This document shows positions 58,588-64,000 of a stretch of DNA of 64,000 nucleotides, piece after piece. A model generated the notes under the pieces. That model was not told the origin of the DNA. It saw only the letters and a program-made list of their open reading frames with translations, and made no database searches. Each line of letters begins with the position of its first letter. Position 1 is the first letter of the stretch. A program made the translations under genes and the position numbers. Origin of the DNA: Rhina ancylostomus (lineage: Eukaryota); contig JARFYF010000112.1 of the NCBI GenBank assembly GCA_030265395.1, positions 20,384,368-20,448,367 of the forward strand, given 5' to 3'.

Positions 58588-58685
58588 TGTTACGTACCAG
58601 CAACAAAAAAACACACTGAGACATGTATAAGTGTTAAAAACTACTTTATTAATAACTACTTATGATAATAAGTAAAATAAAAGTA
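58588..58685. mobile_element. LTR-like element end (TGTTACG...), running into an N-gap
   Basis: Begins with TGT; closely similar to 62618-62715. Confidence 0.6.
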
Positions 58686-59029
58686 NNNNNNNNNNNNNNN
58701 NNNNNNNNNNNNNNNNNNNNNNNNNNNNNNNNNNNNNNNNNNNNNNNNNNNNNNNNNNNNNNNNNNNNNNNNNNNNNNNNNNNNNNNNNNNNNNNNNNNN
58801 NNNNNNNNNNNNNNNNNNNNNNNNNNNNNNNNNNNNNNNNNNNNNNNNNNNNNNNNNNNNNNNNNNNNNNNNNNNNNNNNNNNNNNNNNNNNNNNNNNNN
58901 NNNNNNNNNNNNNNNNNNNNNNNNNNNNNNNNNNNNNNNNNNNNNNNNNNNNNNNNNNNNNNNNNNNNNNNNNNNNNNNNNNNNNNNNNNNNNNNNNNNN
59001 NNNNNNNNNNNNNNNNNNNNNNNNNNNNG

Positions 59030-59416
59030 AGAGCTGTACCTGTGATGGAACTGGCTGCGTCCCCACTCTCTGTAGCCTCTCGCGTTCCTGTGCATTGGAG
59101 ATTCCATACCAGGTTGTGATGCAACCAGTCAGAATGCTTTCCACTGTACATCTGTAGAAGTTTGTCAGAGTCTTCGGTGACATGCTGAATCTCCTTAAAC
59201 TTCTCAGAAGATACGCTGGTGCATCTTCTTCATTGATGTGTTGGGCCCAGGACGGGTCCTCCGAGATGTTGACACCCAGGAACTTGAAGCTGCTCACCCC
59301 TACCACTGCAGACCCTTTAATGAAGACTGGTGTGTGTTTGCCTGACTTCTTCCTAGAGTCTACAATCAGTTCCTTGGTCTTGCTGACATTGTTGTTATGA
59401 CACCACTCAACCAGCT
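59030..59416 (-). mobile_element. Rex1/Babar-clade LINE fragment
   Basis: QLVEWCHNNNVSKTKELIVD...FKFLGVNISEDPSW...LTNFYRCTVESILTGCITTWYG. Confidence 0.9.
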
Positions 59417-59909
59417 GAATGCCAAATAAAGGCATGGGATCTCTGGGAGAAGCAAAAAACAGATAAAAACCCAAGCCATTATGGGTCAAATATTGGGATA
59501 TTCTTCTATGCAATTTATCAGCAATCAAAATTATTGCAAAGAGGTTAGCTGAGTTTAAATATCCTGCAGTATCTATGTCTTGTAGGGGACAATGTGTATC
59601 CAACCAGAAGGTTTAGTTCTCATTTGAAGAAATTCAGAAAATCAGTATCCATCACAAAAGAAAAGCTCTTTGAGAAATCCAGGCTTTGAAAGAAGAAGCA
59701 ACTCCTGAGATGTCTAACCTAAATCAGGTCTTATGCAACTTAATGTTATGGATCCTGCTCATCTCTAATCTGTTTAGTTTGGCATGAGTTTTAGATGCTT
59801 GAAAAACAAGAAACAACAAAGGGCAAGTACAATTTTTGTGCTGTGCTTCCCTCCCAAAATCAGTAACAAACTTGTTTTTACTAAATACAAAAGATCAAAT
59901 TATCTGGGA

Positions 59910-60108
59910 TAAAAATAGAAAATGCTGGAAATACTCAGCAGGCCAGGCACCATAAGTGGGAAAAGAAACAGTTTTTCAGGTCTGGGACCCCCTCATCAGA
60001 ACCTAACCTGAAACATTAACAGTTTATCTTTCCATAGGCGTTGCCTGACCTGCCAAGTGCTTCCAGCATTTTCTGTTTTTATTTTGGATTTCCAACAAAT
60101 GCAGTTTT
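59910..60108. repeat. Penelope-terminus-derived fold-back repeat
   Basis: Inverted arms agaaaatgctggaaatactcagcagg... and ...cctgccaagtgcttccagcattttct. Confidence 0.75.
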
Positions 60109-61159
60109 ATTTCCAAATATTCTATAAATGCATTGCCACAGTGCTCCCCTGTGGTAATCATCAAATATTACAACTGGAATTGATTATATAAAGCTTTTCT
60201 GTTTAGTTGATTGATAGCCACATGTGGCGAGAACAATTCCAGATTATTTTGTTCCTTCATTTAACTGATTTATTTTGTCACTGGTACCATTCCACTAAAT
60301 CTCCTTTGCATCCTTTCCAAGGCCTTGGCATCCTTCCCAAAGTGTGATGTTCAGAACTGGACACAATAATGTCGTGGAAATCTAAGATTGTCATCACTGT
60401 ATTGCAAAAATAAAAGGCAACTTTCTCAGCAGTCCAACCTATCCCACACCACCACCCTCTGAATTTGTTAACAATAATAATTAGCAGTGTTTACTTATGG
60501 CAACAGTATTTTTTGCTTCTTTTTACAGCACTCAACAGCTCTTGATCTTGTACAGAGATGTAGAAATTCATACAGGGCTGTTGGTTAGTTTTGAGCACCA
60601 GAATGTCTATATAAACCTGGTGTGTCACTTGAACTACAGGAATTTGGCAATGTTACACTTTGCCCTTTCCAAAACCAGCATCGTGAAAATAGCCAGAACC
60701 ATCTGATGTAATGCCCTAATCAATTCATTGCTAGACTATGAAACTTCCTAAGGTACCCATGAATCTCAGGTTCCTGCTAACTCAACTTTTGTCAAAAATT
60801 GCAGGTGAATTTTTCATGGGGTTGTTTTTCTTCTCTGCTATAACTTCAGTGAAACATCAGGTAAATAAGGCACAATGCTGATCATATACATTTTCCGGAT
60901 TTTTTTTGGCTTTTCTGCAGATTACAGAGAAACATTTCTTTCCCCAACCATGGCAATTCAGTATATCATCTTTGCAGATCCAACAAACTGTTCTAAAGTA
61001 CTTTACATTGTTAGATTCTCCTCCTGTGTATTGGACTGTAGTTTATTACTAGTTGGGTGATATTCCCACAACTGCCCCTTCCTTAGCTTATCTCCAAAAC
61101 CACCTTTTGTTCCTGTTCAATTCTCAACCTCGATCTATGTTTAGTCTGCTTCTTCCTTT

Positions 61160-61915
61160 TTTTATTAAGCACTGAATCATCTCCAAATGTAAAGTTTCTC
61201 TCTGATCCCCATTTCCAGTTAATTTCCACACAATGTTATCCATAATGTCGCTAATAATGAGCCCTTAGGGATCCCACTATTCACACTCATTCCTTATCAT
61301 AATCTCTTTATTTTTTATGATTTTGATGATCTGTGATACACTTAAGTAGACTTCACCCAACCTATTCCTCCTGAACATGTGAACCACCTGTTGTGTGATA
61401 TTGTCTCAAAAGCTTTGTGAAAATAGAATATATTTTGTTCAGCTTGAGTGGAATTTGGGTCTTGATTACACAGAAACAATGCTGTAGTTGAAGGTTTGAT
61501 ACATGAAGCTTGATCTCCTCCGACTGATGACATATCTTGCATTTAAGTAGAACCACAAGGGACTCTGAGCTATAGTAGGCATCTGGACATTGGAACATAT
61601 TCTGCCATTCATCGCAATCATGGTAGTTCTTCTACCTTAGCAGCATTTTCCAGCACTATCCCCACTTCCTTGATTGACCTGATTCCCAGAAATCTATTGA
61701 CTTCTGTACTGAATAAGCAAAATAATTGAACATCCACAGTCCTTTGAGGTAGGTTCATCATCCTCTGTGTGAAGAAATTTCTCATCTCAGTCCTAAACAC
61801 CTTGCCCCTTACCCTCAATTGTGCTCTCTGCACTTAGATTCCTCAGTAAAGAGAAATATCCTCCCCTTGCCTGGTTTGTCAAGCTCTTTAAGAACTTTCT
61901 ACATTTCTTGTCTCT
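61160..61915 (-). mobile_element. CR1-like LINE fragments
   Basis: FHKAFETISH and FRTEMRNFFTQRMM motifs. Confidence 0.65.
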
Positions 61916-62369
61916 TAATCTCTAAAGCGGTGTTTTTCAAAACTTCAGAGTGGTATTTTTTAAAATGGGGGCCGCAACCCTTGATAGGTCACAGGATGTT
62001 AAAAAAAAGTGGCCAAAATTGATTTTACTCACAGCTGGATCCAGCTTGAAAGAGGCAGAGTGTGGCTGCCTGTTTTGTAAGTTAGCAACTGCTGTTCTAA
62101 CAGAGTTGTACCTTGTAATATCAAAACAGATCACTGCTTGTAAGTATCATACATTCCAAAGGTATGGAAGTAGTTTGAAGGCTGGTTCTTGTTTATTATC
62201 AATAGTTTATTTAGACCTATAAATACATTTATAGTTAGCTACTATTATTATTAATAATAGTGAAAATATCATTAATGATGAATATTATTATTTGCTTATG
62301 TGGCTGAACCATTTGGTTAAAATGGGTTGCCTAAAAAATACATTCAAGACAACTCCTCTAAAGAATATA

Positions 62370-63600
62370 GTCCCAATTTCTCCTCATACAGCAAACTCAC
62401 CATCCCCAGAATTAGTCTAGTAAATATTTAATACACTTTGTCTGTGGCAAGAGCAACTTTTCTTGGGTAAGGAGACTAATGATGTTCTTAATATTCCAGA
62501 TGCAGTCTCACCAGTGCCCTATATGACAGCAATAAGACTTCCTTACTCCTGAAATCAAACCCTCTAGTAATAAAGGCTAACATTTCATTTGCCTTCTTTA
62601 TTGCTTGCAGTAAACGTTGTTACGAACCAGCAACAAAAGAAACAGACCGAGTCTTGTATAAGTGTTAAAAATTATTTTATTAATAACTACTTACGATAAT
62701 AAGAAAAATAAAAGTAAAAATGTTGGAATGTTAGAAGTAAAAATGTTAAATCTTAAACATTAACCCCAAAAACTAACTAACTCGTCGTGTGTGTGTGGCA
62801 AATTCCCAAACTCCAAGTTTGTGGAATTGTTCTTAAAGTTCAGTTCAGCAAGCCATAAGGTGAAACATGAGTAAAGTTTGTCTAAAGATGAGACGTAGAT
62901 GTAGAGAGAAAATAGAGAGTAATTATGAAATCTAAATGTTCCACAATGGAACCCAAACAACACCTCAGTGTCTCCTCAGCAGTGACTATTCCACCACATC
63001 TGCCTCACCCCGAAAAGCATCCGAATCATGGCCGTCCACACAAATACCTGTTTCCTTCTACAGGTCAACAACAAAGTGAACTCCACTGCTTTGTTCCAAA
63101 GNNNNNNNNNNNNNNNNNNNNNNNNNNNNNNNNNNNNNNNNNNNNNNNNNNNNNNNNNNNNNNNNNNNNNNNNNNNNNNNNNNNNNNNNNNNNNNNNNNN
63201 NCATATATTGGCCTTTATTGATGTGTACAAGCACACTTTGGTGCCTTTGAACATCAACACTACCTAATCTCTCACCATGTAATGAAGAGTATGCCTTTTG
63301 ATTGTGTGCACTAAAGTGGAAGACTTTACAATTTTCCACGTTAAATTCCATTTTCTTATATTCTTGTCTATTTTTCAATCCACGTTCATACAATACTCCC
63401 AATTCCACATGTTCTAATCTTGTTAAATAATCTCCTGTATGGGACCTTATCAAAAGCCTTCACAAAATCCAAATATACTACATCTACTGCTTTTCCTCAC
63501 CTATTCTACTAGTCACATCCTCAAAGAATGCATGGAGATTAGGGAAAATCATGTTTGCCTAATCGATGTGATTGTCCCAGACATCATTACCATCCCGAAA
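62370..63600 (-). mobile_element. Decayed CR1-clade LINE interrupted by an LTR-like insert
   Basis: VYLDFVKAFDKVP, MEFNVENCKVFHF, ALVRLHLEY motifs on the minus strand. Confidence 0.75.
62618..63101. mobile_element. LTR-like element (probable solo LTR); far end hidden in an N-gap
   Basis: Starts TGTTACG, interrupts a CR1, and is similar to 58588-58685. Confidence 0.6.
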
Positions 63601-64000
63601 TTTCTACGTTACTCAGAATGGGCATTTAATTTCCAGCCATGTTTCTAGTTCATTAAATTATTAACTTCACTTAACAAAAATAAACACTTTACTCCAACTC
63701 CAACGTTAGAGACAGAGCCATCAAATAATATTCTTTCCATGTATTCCTACCCATAAAGTTTTCATGTAACCTAGTTGTTCCATGTACTTTCAGTTAGTTC
63801 CCTCCTGTTCGGTTCAATGACAGCATTGTATAGTGCCTTGAAATGTTGCTTTAGTGGGCCAAAATGTTTTTACCTGAGCACAGCAACAAACAATATTACG
63901 TAAATGCTTGAAGGCAAGCCAATAAACAGGATGAGAGCCATTTTAACATAAACTTCCCTCTCAGAGCAACTGTATTTTCTATTTTATTTCAGATTCTCAA

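Noticed and set aside
63740-63873. Possible minus-strand exon (gctgtgctcag ... tgg|gtagga) near the window end
   Set aside because: Stops in all three frames and no evidence linking it to GDE1 or another gene

Overview
This is vertebrate genomic DNA. It is AT-rich, dense in introns and repeats, and has about 20 N-gaps. The repeat content (CR1, Rex1/Babar, L2 and RTE LINEs, V-domain and Deu-domain tRNA-SINEs, Penelope-derived fold-back repeats) points to a cartilaginous fish. Two spliced genes can be rebuilt exon by exon with GT-AG sites and consistent phases. (1) The 3' half of a TMC5-like channel gene on the + strand: 8 well-supported exons from 483 to 11786, then 4 inferred tail exons to the stop at 30744. 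(2) A complete 6-exon GDE1 on the - strand (54758 to 40460, 327 aa) with a CpG-island promoter. The two genes lie tail-to-tail, as in mammals. Almost all ORFs in the supplied track are spurious, repeat-derived or run through N-gaps. I see no prokaryotic system, CRISPR array or rRNA/tRNA gene, and nothing that establishes a new biological system. The best leads are: a decayed retroviral integrase-end plus envelope-like relic in a TMC5 intron; two ~200-bp local copy-and-paste insertions into CR1 elements; a perfect 31-bp hairpin upstream of GDE1; a young, motif-dense solo LTR; a PENT-to-PEYT change in the conserved GDE1 N-terminal motif; and a multi-exon TMC5 tail with a possible mutually exclusive exon pair. 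Family assignments come from motif recognition by eye, not database searches, and repeat boundaries are approximate.
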